Assembly (NCBI GenBank): GCA_002269645.1
Contig: NIVC01001980.1
Coordinates: 152,603-216,602, forward strand
Direction of reading: 5' to 3'
Source: Macrostomum lignano
Lineage: Eukaryota
Length of the DNA: 64,000 bases
This document shows, in pieces, positions 36,301-49,500 of this stretch; positions within the stretch are counted from its first letter, which is position 1, and each line of letters begins with the position of its first letter. The notes under the pieces are model-generated. The model was given only the letters and a program-made list of their open reading frames with translations, was not told where the DNA came from and ran no database searches. A program made the translations under genes and the position numbers.

Positions 36301-39077
36301 AAGATGGACGGACACAAGATGGACGGACACAAGATGGACAGACACAAGATGGACAGACACAAGATGGACAGACACAAGATGGACAGACACAAGATGGACA
36401 GACACAAGATGGACAGACACAAGATGGACAGACACAAGATGGACAGACACAAGATGGACAGACACAAGATGGACAGACACAAGATGGACAGACACAAGAT
36501 GGACAGACACAAGATGGACAGACACAAGATGGACAGACACAAGATGGACAGACACAAGATGGACAGACACAAGATGGACGGACACAAGATGGACAGACAC
36601 AAGATGGACAGACACAAGATGGACGGACACAAGATGGACGGACACAAGATGGACAGACACAAGATGGACAGACACAAGATGGACAGACACAAGATGGACA
36701 GACACAAGATGGACAGACACAAGATGGACAGACACAAGATGGACAGACACAAGATGGACAGACACGAGACAGAAAGACACGAAGACAGCTGGCAGGACAG
36801 ACCAGCCATCATTTCCTCCAGCGAAGTGGCGGGCTGTCGGCTACGGCGCGCCCTGCAGAACTCCTTGCGCAGGTCGTGGAAGGCGTAGCAGTAGCTGGGC
36901 AGGCGGATACCCTTGGCGGCGGCCTCCGGGTGCAGCAGGAGGCGCAGTGGCGCCTGTCCGTCAGTGATCAGACGGAGGTCGCGACCGTCAGCGCTGGGAT
37001 GGACGCCCGCGTTTAGCAAGGCCCGGTCCATCTGTTAAAAGATTGAAGACCGGCTCAGAGATAAAGCTCTAGGGACTCGCATCCAGGGTTCTGGGGACTC
37101 GCATCCAGGGTTCTGGGGACTCGCATCCAGGGTTCTGGGGACTCGCATCCAGGGTTCTGGGGACTTGCATCCAGGGTTCTGGGGACTTGCATCCAGGGTT
37201 CTGGGACTCGCATCCAGGGTTCTGGGGACTCGCATCCAGGGTTCTAGGGACTCGCATCCAGGGTTCTGGGGACTTGCATCCAGGGTTCTGGGGACTCGCA
37301 TCCAGGGTTCTGGGGACTCGCATCCAGGGTTCTGGGGACTCGCATCCAGGGTTCTGGGGACTCGCATCCAGGGTTCTAGGGACTCGCATCCAGGGTTCTG
37401 GGGACTTGCATCCAGGGTTCTGGGGACTCGCATCCAGGGTTCTGGGGACTCGCATCCAGGGTTCTGGGGACTCGCATCCAGGGTTTTAGGAACTCGCATC
37501 CAGGGTTCTGGGGACTCGCATCCAGGGTTCTGGGGACTCGCATCCAGGGTTCTGGGGACTCGCATCCAGGGTTCTGGGGACTCGCATCCAGGGTTTGGGG
37601 ACTCGCATCCAGGGTTCTGGGGATTCGCATCCATAGAGGCAGGGCCAGAATGGAAGGATCGAACAGCACTCAGGGATAATCCACTATCGCACCTCGTCTA
37701 GACAGTCGGCCAGAAGCGCGGCCGCATCCAGCGACTCCTCGGTGACGCCAGTCACCGCCGTGCAGTCCGCCGACACCGGTGCCCGGCCGTCTTCGCGTGT
37801 CTCGACCGCTTCCTCGGAAGAATCTGAGGAGACGGCAGGTCCCGGCGGCAGAAGCGGCTTCACCGGATGTTGGGCCAGCGTCATCACCTGGAGACTCGTA
37901 AGTTTCCGGAGGGGAACTATTAGTCACAATTTCTCACTGTGGGTGCATCATGAACAATTGAACAAGTACAAAGCTTTTCTGAAGACAAGGTTTCTTCGAA
38001 AAGTACATAAGCTAAATCCGAACAGTTTCTAAACAAACACTGGAAGAGACAACAAGACAGACAACAAGACAAAGCAACAAGACAGACAACGCAAACAACA
38101 AGACAGACAACAGGACAGACAACAAGACAGACAAGACAGACAAAAGACAGACAACAAGACAGACAAGACAGACAAAAAGACAGACAACAGGACAGACAAC
38201 AAGACAGACAAGACAGACAAAAAGACAGACAACAAGACAGACAAGACAGACAAAAGACAGACAACAAGACAGACAAGACAGACAAAAAGACAGACAACAG
38301 GACAGACAACAAGACAGACAAGACAGACAACAGGACAGACAACAAGACAGACAAGACAGACAAAAAGACAGACAACAAGACAGACAAGACAGACAAAAAG
38401 ACAGACAACAAGACAGACAGACAGACAAAAAGACAGACAACAAGACAGACAAAAAGACAGACAACAAGACAGACAAAAAGACAGACAACAAGACAGACAA
38501 AAAGACAGACAACAAGACAGACAAAAAGACAGACAACAAGACAGACAACAAGACAGACAAGACAGACAAAAAGACAGACAACAAGACAGACAGACAGACA
38601 AAAAGACAGACAACAAGACAGACAAAAAGACAGACAACAAGACAGACAAAAAGACAGACAACAAGACAGACAACAAGACAGACAAGACAGACAAAAAGAC
38701 AGACAACAAAACAGACAATGTAGCGCCTCTCTAATAAACTCTAATGCCATCTTCACCTTCTTCTGCTGCACATTGTACACCAGATAAGCCAGCTGACAGA
38801 TCGGCGACAGCTCCTCAGCCAGCTCCGAGTCGGGGGCGGCTGGGCCGCAGATGACGGCGTGAAAAAGCAGCAGATACTCCGGCTGTTTCGGCATGTTGTC
38901 GTCTGGAGCAGCAGTTCTGAGCTTCAGCGACTGGCGGAGATTTACAACTGAGGCGCCTGCGGCAGCGGCGGCTGAGGAGCTTTTAAGCTCCTCCTCCTCC
39001 TCCTCACAGCCTGAGCAGGGCCCGCCGCAGGCGAAGGCCAAAGTCTTCACCGATTGGTCGGCACCACAGCTGCGCAT
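30358..39077 (-). CDS. ESRP: Epithelial splicing regulatory protein / fusilli orthologue; exons 38757-39077 (or ATG 38894), 37693-37887, 36803-37031, 35981-36127, 35813-35867, 34603-35029, 32782-33240, 31752-32123, 30358-30456
   Basis: All GT-AG junctions are phase-compatible. N-terminal DnaQ-like motifs LITDGQAPLRLLLHPEA and FHDLRKEF; RRM1 VVRLRGLPWQ...GEALVRF...HLGRRYIEVFKA; RRM2 IRMRGLPY...DGRATGDAFALF...IGSRYVELFKST; RRM3 GVHQVLNHLGQPTGEAVIEM. The terminal exon and start codon are less certain. Confidence 0.9.
30640..31735. repeat. 24-bp minisatellite in ESRP last intron
   Basis: (CAAACTGCAACAGATTAAAACAAA)n with CTG/CTT variants, about 45 copies. Confidence 0.98.
32290..32727. repeat. 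Degenerate ~25-37-bp minisatellite (GGAAATCCATCATGGGATTTTCCTCGG core) in an ESRP intron
   Basis: Repeated, partly palindromic core. Confidence 0.88.
33555..33715. repeat. 10-bp minisatellite (CCCTTGGAAC)n
   Basis: About 16 copies. Confidence 0.92.
34270..34588. repeat. 12-bp minisatellite (GTGTCAGGGCTG)n
   Basis: About 26 copies next to the ESRP RRM1-exon donor. Confidence 0.95.
35377..35648 (-). mobile_element. tRNA-derived SINE with Deu/CORE-like central domain
   Basis: Minus strand: A box TAGCCTAGTGG, B box GGATTCGATTCCC, then GCAAGACACTTAAC...CAGCTGTAAAATGGGTGCC typical of conserved-domain SINEs. Confidence 0.75.
35745..35790 (+). repeat. Short degenerate (TTAGGG)n tract
   Basis: TTAGGGTTGGTTTAGGGTTAGAGTTAGGGTTAGGGTATGGTTAGGGT. 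Confidence 0.6.
36225..36775. repeat. 15-bp minisatellite (GACAGACACAAGATG)n
   Basis: About 36 copies filling an ESRP intron. Confidence 0.98.
37071..37633. repeat. 22-bp minisatellite (ATCCAGGGTTCTGGGGACTCGC)n
   Basis: About 25 copies filling an ESRP intron. Confidence 0.97.
38045..38716. repeat. Compound GACA/AA simple repeat (AGACAGACAACA-like)
   Basis: Fills ESRP intron 1. Confidence 0.95.
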
Positions 39078-39279
39078 GACTTGACTTTGTAGTGGGTATG
39101 GGGGTGGTGTCTGGAATCCTTTTACATTCTATTGCTATCTACTATCATGAAGTAGTGCGGCCTGGAATCGATGAGAATTATTCTCATGTAAAAGCCGGTT
39201 AATTTTTTTATTTGCGAACTTTTAAAAAGCCTTGACGGGCAACCTGTTCAGGTAGTCGCTGATTGAAATAGGAGGATTG

Positions 39280-40078
39280 AAGAGAGGAGAGGGGAGAGAT
39301 GAGAGGTGAGAGGGTAGAGATGAGATAGTAGAGGGGAGAGACGAGAGGTGAGAGGGGAGAGATGAGAGAGGAGAGGGTAGAGATGAGGGAGGAGAGGGTA
39401 GAGATGAGAGAGGAGAGGGGAGAGATGAGAGAGGAGAGGGGTTAGACGAGAGGGGAGAGGGTAGAGACGAGATAGTAGAGGGGAGAGATGAGAGAGGAGA
39501 GGGTAGAGATGAGAGAGGAGAGGGTAGAGACGAGATAGTAGAGGGGAGAGATGAGAGAGGAGAGGGTAGAGATGAGAGAGGAGAGGGTAGAGACGAGATA
39601 GTAGAGGGTAGAGATGAGAGAGGAGAGGGTAGAGACGAGATAGTAGAGGGGAGAGATGAGAGAGGAGAGGGTAGAGACGAGATAGTAGAGGGGAGAGATG
39701 AGAGAGGAGAGGGTTAGACGAGAGGGAGAGGGTAGAGACGAGATAGTAGAGGGGAGAGATGAGAGAGGAGAGGGTAGAGATGAGAGAGGAGAGGGTAGAG
39801 ACGAGATAGTAGAGGGAGAGATGAGAGAGGAGAGGGTAGAGATGAGAGAGGAGAGGGTAGAGACGAGATAGTAGAGGGGAGAGATGAGAGAGGAGAGGGG
39901 AGAGATGAGAGAGGAGAGGGGTTAGACGAGAGGGAGAGGGTAGAGACGAGATAGTAGAGGGGAGAGATGAGAGAGGAGAAGGTAGAGATGAGAGAGGAGA
40001 AGGGAGAGGATATGAAAGAGAGAGGAGAGATGAGAGGAGAGGAAAGGAAAGGAGACGAGGGGATAGGAGAGAAGAGAG
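39280..40078. repeat. Purine-rich GA minisatellite
   Basis: GAGATGAGAGAGGAGAGGGTA / GAGACGAGATAGTAGAGGG units. Confidence 0.93.
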
Positions 40079-40897
40079 CTTAAGCGCACCGCATTGCTAT
40101 TGTGAAGTCTCAAAGGACCCGAGAGCCGGAAAGAGAGGCTACGCGGGCCGCCGCATGTGGCCTATGGCCGGACCTTTCCTACCCCTGGACTACGGTAAAC
40201 AGTATTCATGCCTTATGACAGGTTACAGTAATTGCTCAACAGGCACAAATTTGCATTAACTTGGACAGTGAATCAGTGAAAACTCTTACTCAGTTCCCGG
40301 ACAAAATCGCGGGTTCGATCTACCAATCGAGCATCGGTGCTGCCGAATGCTGTAGAGTAATTATTTAATAAACTAACTCAATCTTGCTTTGCAATGGGTA
40401 TTGCTACGCTCCTGAAATTGAAATGAGAGGTAGCAACAGGCTGTTATAAAGCTTAAATTCTTGTGAGTTAATGCTCAGCTCTGCTCGAGGAGGTCAAAAC
40501 CCCATAATTAGCCGCTCTGTTTATCGGCAGTTGAATAATTGCTCCGGCTGCAGCTGCCCTTAAGCTTCACACCTGCCGCACAAAACAACCGCTCTGACCC
40601 AGCTGCTCCCAGAGAAGGGGGGGGGGGCATTTTGTAATTCATCTGGCCAAATTGAGCTCTGCATTTCTCACTTTTTTCCGTCACCTCTTTTGAAGCCTCT
40701 GGCTATTCGCATTCTCGTTCGTGTTAAGCAGAGCCGTTGAGCTTGCAGTCTATACGGGAGAGCGTCAAAATGCTTTTGTTTGTGGAATCGAATCCGCCAA
40801 AATGGGCGGTCTTTTCTATTCAGAGAATTAATTTTCCAACAGTATTAAGCTTAATAAGCACGCAGCATGCAGTACACTGTATTTGAGAATTATGACC

Positions 40898-43620
40898 CCT
40901 ACTCAACTAAAATGGCGCTTACTCAACTAAAATGGTGCCTACTCAACTGAAATGGCGCCTACTCAAATGAAATGGCGCCTAGTCAAATTAAATAGCACCT
41001 AGTCAAATGAAGTGGCGCCTACTCAACTAAATGGCACCTACTCAACTAAAATGGTGCCTACTCAACTAAAATGGCGCTTACTCAACTAAAATGGTGCCTA
41101 CTCAACTAAAATGGTGCCTACTCAACTGAAATGGCGCCTACTCAAATTAAATAGCACCTAGTCAAATGAAGTGGCGCCTACTCAACTAAATGGCACCTAC
41201 TCAACTAAAATGGTGCCTACTCTACTAAAATGGCGCTTACTTAACTAAAATGGTGCCTACTCAACTGAAATGGCGCCTACTCAAATTAAATAGCACCTAG
41301 TCAACTGAAATGGCGCCTACTCAACTGAAGTGACGCCTACTCAAATGAAATGGTGCCTACTCAACTGAAGTGGCGCCTACTCAAATGAAATGGTGCTTAC
41401 TTAACTAAAATGGTGCCTACTCAACTGAAATGGCGCCTACTCAACTGAAATGGCGCCTACTCAACTAAAATGGCGCTTACTTAACTAAAATGGTGCCTAC
41501 TCAACTAAAATGGCGCCTACTCAAATGAAGTGGCGCCTACTCAACTGAAATGGCACCTACTCAACTGAAGTGGCGCCTACTCAACTGAAATGGCGCCTAC
41601 TCAACTGAAATGGCGCCTACTCAACTGAAATGGCGCCTACTCAATTGAAGTGGCGCCTACTCAACTGAAATGGCGACTACTCAACGGAAGTGGCGCCTAC
41701 TCAAATGAAATGGTGCCTACTCAACTGAAATGGCGCCTACTCAACTGAAATGGTGCCTACTCAACTGAAATGGCGCCTACTCAACTGAAATGGCGCCTAC
41801 TCAAATGAAATGGTGCCTACTCAACTGAAATGGCGCCTACTCAACTGAAATGGTGCCTACTCAAATTAAATGGCGCCTACTCAAATGAAATTGCGCCTAC
41901 TCAACTGAAATTGCGCCTACTCAACTGCAATCGCGCCTACTCAAATGAAATGGCCCCCAATCAAATGAAATGGCGCCTACTCAACTGAAATGGCGCCTAC
42001 TCAACTGAAGTGGCGCCTACTCAAATTAAATGGCGCCTACTCAACTGAAATGGCGCCTAATCAACTGAAATGGCGCCTACTCAACTGAAATGGCGCCTAC
42101 TCAACTGAAGTGGCGCCTACTCAACTGAAATGGCGCCTACTCAACTGAAATGGCGCCTACTCAACTGAAATGGCGCCTACTCAACTGAAGTGGCGCCTAC
42201 TCAAATTAAATGGCGCCTACTCAACTGAAGTGGCGCCTACTCAACTGAAGTGGCGCCTACTCAAATGAAGTGGCGCCTACTCAACTGAAATGGCGCCTAC
42301 TCAACTGAAATGGCGCCTACTCAACTGAAATGGCGCCTACTCAACTGAAATGGCGCCTACACAACTGAAGTGGCGCCTACTCAACTGAAATGGCGCCTAC
42401 TCAACTGAAGTGGCGTCTACTCAACTGAAATGGCGCCTACTCAACTGAAATGGCGCCTACTCAACTGAAATGGTGCCTAGTCAAATGAAGTGGCGCCTAC
42501 TCAAATTAAATGGCGACTACTCAACTGAAATGGTGCCTACTCAAATGAAGTGGCGCCTACTCAACTGAAATGGCGCCTACTCAACTGAAATGGTGCCTAG
42601 TCAAATGAAGTGGCGCCTACTCAAATTAAATGGCGACTACTCAACTGAAATGGTGCCTACTCAAATGAAGTGGCGCCTACTCAACTGAAATGGCGCCTAC
42701 TCAACTGAAATGGCGCCTACTCAACTGAAATGGCGCCTACTCAACTGAAGTGGCGCCTACTCAACTGAAATGGCGCCTACTCAACTGAAATGGCGCCTAC
42801 TCAACTGAAATGGCGTTTACTCAACTGAAGTGGCGCCTACTCAACTGAAATGGCGCCTACTCAACTGAAGTGGCGCCTACTCAACTGAAATGGCGCCTAC
42901 TCAAATTAAATGGCGCCTACTCAACTGAAATGGCGCCTACTCAATTGAAGTGGCGCCTACTCAACTGAAATGGCGTTTACTCAACTGAAGTGGCGCCTAC
43001 TCAACTGAAATGGCGCCTACTCAACTGAAATGGCGCCTACTCAACTGAAGTGGCGCCTACTCAACTGAAATGGCGCCTACTCAAATTAAATGGCGCCTAC
43101 TCAACTGAAATGGCGCCTACTCAACTGAAATGGCGCCTACTCAACTGAAATGGCGCCTACTCAACTGAAATGGCGCCTACTCAACTGAAATGGCGCCTAC
43201 TCAACTGAAGTGGCGCCTACTCAAATTAAATGGCGCCTACTCAACTGAAATGGCGCCTAATCAACTGAAATGGCGCCTACTCAACTGAAATGGCGCCTAC
43301 TCAACTGAAGTGGCGCCTACTCAACTGAAATGGCGCCTACTCAACTGAAATGGCGCCTACTCAACTGAAATGGCGCCTACTCAACTGAAATGGCGCCTAC
43401 TCAACTGCAATCGCGCCTACTCAACTGAAGTGGCGCCTACTCAACTGAAATGGCGCCTACTCAACTGAAGTGGCACCTACTCAACTAAAATGGCGCCTAC
43501 TCAACTGAAATGGCGCCTACTCAACTGAAATGGCGCCTACTCAACTGAAGTGGCACCTACTCAACTGAAATGGCGCCTACTCAACTGAAATGGCGCCTAA
43601 TCAAATGAAGCGACGCCTGC
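40898..43620. repeat. 20-bp satellite (TCAACTGAAATGGCGCCTAC)n, about 135 copies
   Basis: Strict 20-bp phase from about 41200 to 43610; more divergent, AT-richer left end. Confidence 0.99.
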
Positions 43621-44921
43621 AAATCAGAGCTATAAGCCCCTCATGTTAGGACGAAACTCTTTTTACCTTCGCTTGTTTATTGAATCGCAATGCTCAACTT
43701 CTATGCCACGTGACTCCGTGAGTTAAAGGTGGATGTTTAGTTGTTGCTAACTTTTCCTATCAAGGCAATGCACTGCATTCATTTACAAAAAAGCATAAAA
43801 TGCACACATGAAGCGTTTTGCTTGTCAGAAAAAAATCAGACACAACGTCTCGCATGCAATTTTTGTGTGCACACTCATTGAGTCCAGTGCCCCGCGGTCG
43901 CTGTGTGCCGATCCTCTTCATCATAAAAGTTAGCAAATTTGTAAGAACGATGAATGGATATAGTGAAACAAGTTGAGAAAGAAACGAGATGTTGACAAGA
44001 TGAATAAGTTTAGGGTTGACTGGGACAGTCTCCCACAGTCCACGTGTCGGCTTATGAGCGCGTGAGTGTGTGTGTGTGTTTTAAACAAACTTTCTAATAT
44101 TTGTCCCGGTGCCCTCGCAGACATCATTTCCGCTTGCCCAACGCTGCAAACGTAGCACTGGGTGAAGAGCGCACACTTGCATTAAGCACACGTGTAGCTA
44201 TTCTATAGTAAGAGGACGTAGTGACAGTTCGAGATTATGCAAATTTAATTGAACTCTTCAGCATACGCCAAATAGATTTGAAGTTTTCTGCGTCTGAACT
44301 TCAATGTATATGAAGTTGGTGTATCGATCTGCAAGTCTGAACAATATTTTTTAATAAATCAATGTTTATCAATTGTAAGTTTTTAACAATTTATAAGAAT
44401 TTAAATTTTTAAACAATTGTTTTAACAATTACAGAGTTTCTAAGTTTTCAATGAGTTTGAAATTTTTTAACAATTGTCGTTGATTTACTATAAACTAACA
44501 CAATCGTTTAATTTTTACTTTCCTGGTTCGAATTTTTGAAAATCGTTTTTTTCCTTTTTCTACTAGGGTTCAGACGGTTCTGCTTATCTTGTCAATATTA
44601 CTGAGTTTTTTCCGGAATGAAAAATAGCAAAAGAGACCAATGTACTTGTGGTAGTTTTCACAGCCAAATTTAACTTTCATCTCGATTTTTTTAAAGTAAC
44701 GCGAATGTTGAACCAACTAAAGTTAAAAATTGTCAAGCAAATGTATTAAAAGGTATAAGAATACGTAGAAAGCATATGACACCTGTAATTTGCTTTTTAG
44801 TTTGCTGCTTATGAAAGCAATTTGGAAAGTTGGGGTTTCAAATAAATCTTCATAATTTTGATGTACTACATGTGTATCATCTGAGTATTAGCTTGTGGGC
44901 CTTGGTTACAGCACTGATATA

Positions 44922-45149
44922 TAGCCTACTGACAGTAGGACATTGCGCAACTCAATAGCAGCGGAAAGTTTCGGTTTGTTTAACAGATCGGTTCTAGGCC
45001 CAAACTAGCCTACTGATAGTAGGACATTGCGCAACTCAATAGCAGCGGAAAGTTTCGGTTTGTTTAACAGATCGGTTCTAGGCCCAAACTAGCCTACTGA
45101 TAGTAGGACATTGCGCAACTCAATAGCAGCGGAAAGTTTTGGTTTGTTT
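44922..45149. repeat. 84-bp tandem repeat, about 2.7 copies
   Basis: TAGCCTACTGA..GTAGGACATTGCGCAACTC... recurs at 44922, 45006 and 45090. Confidence 0.92.
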
Positions 45150-45713
45150 TAAAAAATAGTTTTTTGATTCTCGTAAAATTAAGTCAGACAATTACGATAG
45201 TAACTACCCGTTAGTAACCACAGCTAAGCATAGCAGTTTTTGTATATTTAAATAGCGGTCTTATCAGGGTAAAAATTATCTATACGAATTTCAACTACAA
45301 AACCAGCTTTGACACAAGTAGACTATTAAGCTAAAAACTAGTTGATAAGGAGAGTTCCCTAAACACAATAGATTATGCATGCAACCTGGACAATAATAAA
45401 GAATACTGCGACCGTAATTATTCAATTAACAATTAGCACAGACTACAACGTGACAACCAGAGTAAAGTAGTGGCAATAAAATAGTTTAATCAAAGCGTTA
45501 CGTAGGTATTCGTTTGAAATCAAATCAATGATATTATTAAATTATTCTTATTCAATTATTATATAATTTCTACCGCTAATAATAGAAATAAAAAGTTTGT
45601 TGCTTCACAACGAAAGTAACAACACAGATAGTTTTAGACATAAAGGACATACAGCTGAGTCTGTATATGATGGGCTGATATTGACTTTCACAGAGTTATT
45701 AAGTGTAAGCTGG

Positions 45714-46475
45714 GTCATGGTGTGCTAGACAGCGTCATGGTGTGCTAGACAGCGTCATGGTGTACTAGACAGCGTCATGGTGTGCTAGACAGCGTCATGG
45801 TGTGCTAGACAGCGTCATGGTGTACTAGACAGCGTCATGGTGTGCTAGACAGCGTCATGATATACTTGACAGCGTCATGGTATACTAGACAGCATATTGG
45901 TGTACTAGACAGCGTCATGGTGTGCTAGATAGCGTATGGTGTACTAGACAGCGTCATGGTATACTAGACAGCGTCATGGTGTGCTAGACAGCGTCATGAT
46001 ATACTTGACAGCGTCATGGTGTACTTGACAGCGTCATGGTGTACTAGACAGCGTCATGGTGTGCTAGACAGCGTCATGGTGTACTAGACAGCGTCATGGT
46101 GTACTAGACAGCGTCATGGTGTGCTAGACAGCGTCATGGTGTGCTAGACAGCGTCATGGTGTACTAGACAGCGTCATGGTGTGCTAGACAGCGTCATGGT
46201 GTACTAGACAGCGTCATGGTGTACTAGACAGCGTCATGGTGTACTAGACAGCGTCATGGTGTGCTAGACAGCGTCATGGTGTACTAGACAGCGTCATGGT
46301 GTGCTAGACAGCGTCATGGTGTACTAGACAGCGTCATGGTGTGCTAGACAGCGTCATGGTGTGCTAGACAGCGTCATGGTATACTAAATAGAATCATGGT
46401 GTAATAGACAGCTTATTGGTGTACTAAATAGAATCATGGTGTAATAGACAGCTTATTGGTGTACTAAATAGAATC
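45714..46475. repeat. 20-bp minisatellite (GTCATGGTGT[G/A]CTAGACAGC)n
   Basis: About 37 copies. Confidence 0.97.
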
Positions 46476-46568
46476 AATATGGACACGGTGAACTAAAAAT
46501 AGCTAAAAGCAACAGGCCTATTCTCTCACGTCATAGTCATAAATGGGCCATAAACGATTTCCTTAGAG

Positions 46569-49500
46569 TCACTCGCGATCAAACGGAATGCGCTCAATGC
46601 AGGCGCTGGTCTCGTCCAATACCTGTCGGCAGCAGGAGACCAGAACGCTACGCGACATCAGGTCGAATGGGCTACCTGAAAAAATTATCCCAGATGGAGG
46701 GGCGACGTTGTTTCGAAATCGATTTCATAAAATATTGACATTGTCCCATAGATACTACTGCTCTCCCCAACATGTAACGTTGGCCAATAGTAGTCTAACT
46801 CTATATTCTGCAGTGCAGATTAGGCGTATTTATGTTAGAGAAATAAGAGGATTAGTAGAACTGGAGCGATTTTTGTCTGTTTTCTAGCTCTCGAAAAAAT
46901 TGCAACACGGACGAGGCAGCCCAATTCCCCTGACAGCCAGAAAATGGATCGGCCAATACTCCGCAACTGCAGGCTCGTGTCTGCCAGCAGCCGGATTAGG
47001 ATAATTTATGCGCCTAATAGAAAAAGTTCTTCAAGCTGATAAACTCAGTCTGTGTGCAATACGAGTGCATATGCGCATTTCCCGAGGCTATGTATAAAGT
47101 TGGAGCCAGAGTGAACGTATCGGGGGGGGAGGGGTAGAGATTCCGGGTGAGGATTTCTGAATCTCAGCGCCGTAGCCAGTCTGCAGCCACGCCCCAGCCT
47201 CTGCTGACAATATTTGAAATCGTCTAATTATATATGCTGGCTTAATTGATACACTGTGGCGGTCACGCCACACGCGCGTACGCGCTCCAGCAGCCACCCC
47301 AACCCCGGCCGGGGAGGCCGGCGCTAGGTGCACGGTCGCTGTGCGTTGATTGGCTGCCCAGTGTACACCGCTGGCCTATATGACTTTAGACTTTTGTCTC
47401 GCGCGCCTCCACCCTGCTACTTCCAAATAAACTTTACGTGGCTCAACTCGCCACATTGGTGAGCCCGACTCTCAACCGCCTGTTTGAGAATAACTCCTCA
47501 GTATGTCAACTGAGTCTGCGGTAGCCCTCAAGCTGCCCACGTTCTGGGCCAGCCAGCCTCGCGCCTGGTTCATCCAGGCAGAGGCGCAATTCGTCCTCCG
47601 CAACATCACGCAAGACGCTACCAAGTACTTTCACCTCGTAGCCGCGCTGGACCAGCAGTCAGCCGAGCGCCTGCTGGACGTGCTTGAGACACCGCCGACT
47701 GAGAACAAGTACGATGCTCTCAAGGCCCGCCTCCTCGGCACATTCGGCCTGACGCAGCAACAGCGTGCCAGCCGGCTGCTCAACCTGGCCGGCCTCGGTG
47801 ACCGCCGCCCGTCCGAGCTCATGGACGAGATGCTGGCCCTGCTCGGCAACCACCGGCCCTGCATGCTCTTCGAGGAGCTTTTCCGCCAGCAGATGCCGGC
47901 CGACATTCGCATGGCACTCGTCTCCGTGGATTTCGCTGACCCGCGCGCAGTTGCGCGACTCGCGGATGAACTCTGGGCGAGCCGGGCACAGCCCGTGGCC
48001 ACCGCCACCCTGCCGCCAGAGCACCCGCCGGTAGTTGCTGCCACCGCCCGCCCAGCTCGCGCCAAGCCGCAGCAGCACCAGCCGAGGGAGGCCGACGGCC
48101 TCATCTGTTTCTTCCACCGGAAGTTCGGCGCCAAGGCCCGGCGTTGCGAGCCGCCCTGCCAGTTCTCGGGAAACGGGCCGGCCGGCCGTCAGTGAGCGCT
48201 TCGACGGCCGGCAGCAACAACCTCCTGCTCATCCCCGACGTAGCCACGGGCCGGCGCTTCTTGGTCGACACCGGCGCTGAGGTGAGCATTTTTCCTGTCT
48301 CGGGGCAGACGCCCGCTCGCACACACCCGGCCCGCCGCTTTTCGCGGCCAACGGCAGCCCGATCCGCACGTTCGGCAGCCGGACACTGACGCTCGACCTC
48401 GGCGTCAAGGCCTGCACCTGGCCGTTCATCCTGGCCGAGGTGTCACGGCCGTTGATCGGCGCGGACTTCCTGCGGCACCACGGCCTACTGGTGGACATGC
48501 CGAACCGCCGTCTGCTCGACACTAGCTCGCTGTCCAGCGCCCACCTGCTGCTCGGGTCCGGCCCGGCACCTCAGCTCGCCGCCGCCATCGCTGGGGACCC
48601 GTACAGCCAGCTGCTCGCAGAGTTCCCGTCGCTGACGGAGCAGAGTTTCCAGAAAGCCCGGCCGCTCCACGGGGTCCAACATCATGTTCCTACGACGGGC
48701 CCCCCTGTCCACGCCCGGGCGCGCCGCCTGCCGCCTGACAAGCTGGCGGTGGCCAAGGAGGAATTCCGCAACCTGGAGCAGCTGGGCATCGTGCGGCGGT
48801 CCTGCAGCCCCTGGTCGTCGCCGCTGCACATGGTGCCAAAGGCCTCCGGGGTTGGCGGCCCTGCGGCGATTTCCGGCGGCTCAACGACGCCACGGTGCCC
48901 GACCGCTACCCGGTGCCGCACATTCAGGACTTTTCTGCGCGGCTGTCCGGGTGCAACATTTTCTCCAAGATCGACCTGGTGCGGGGCTACCACCAGATCC
49001 CGGTTGCCGAGGCCGACATCGCCAAGACGGCCGTCATCACGCCATTCGGCCTGTTCGAGTTTCTCCGGATGCCATTTGGACTCAAAAACGCCGCCCAGGC
49101 CTTCCAACGGCTGATTGACACGGTCTGCCAGGGTTTGGACTTCGTGTTCGCCTATATCGACGACTTCCTAGTGGCGAGCAGCGGCCCTCAGCAGCATCTG
49201 GAGCACCTGCGCACGCTGTTCCAGCGCCTGGCAAACAACGACCTCCTCATCAATCCAGCCAAGTGCCAGTTTGGCCGCAGCGAAATCGACTTTCTAGGCC
49301 ACCGCATCAACAGCCGGGGCGCCGTGCCTCTGCCAGACAAGGTCGAAGCCATCGCCCGATTCGCTCCGCCCGCGACCGTCAAGGGCCTGCAAGAGTTCGC
49401 CGGCATGGTGAACTTCTATCACCGGTTCGTGCCGCGGGCCGCCCAGTTGCTGCGCCCCATCTATGGCGCCCTGGCCAGCAAGGACAAGATCGTTCAGTGG

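Noticed and set aside
30666-38718. Long ORFs QFVCFNLL, VSGL, LSILC/DRHKM/QDGQT, MRVPRTLDASP and LSVLLSV
   Set aside because: Stop-free translations of intronic tandem repeats; only the flanking segments are real ESRP exons.
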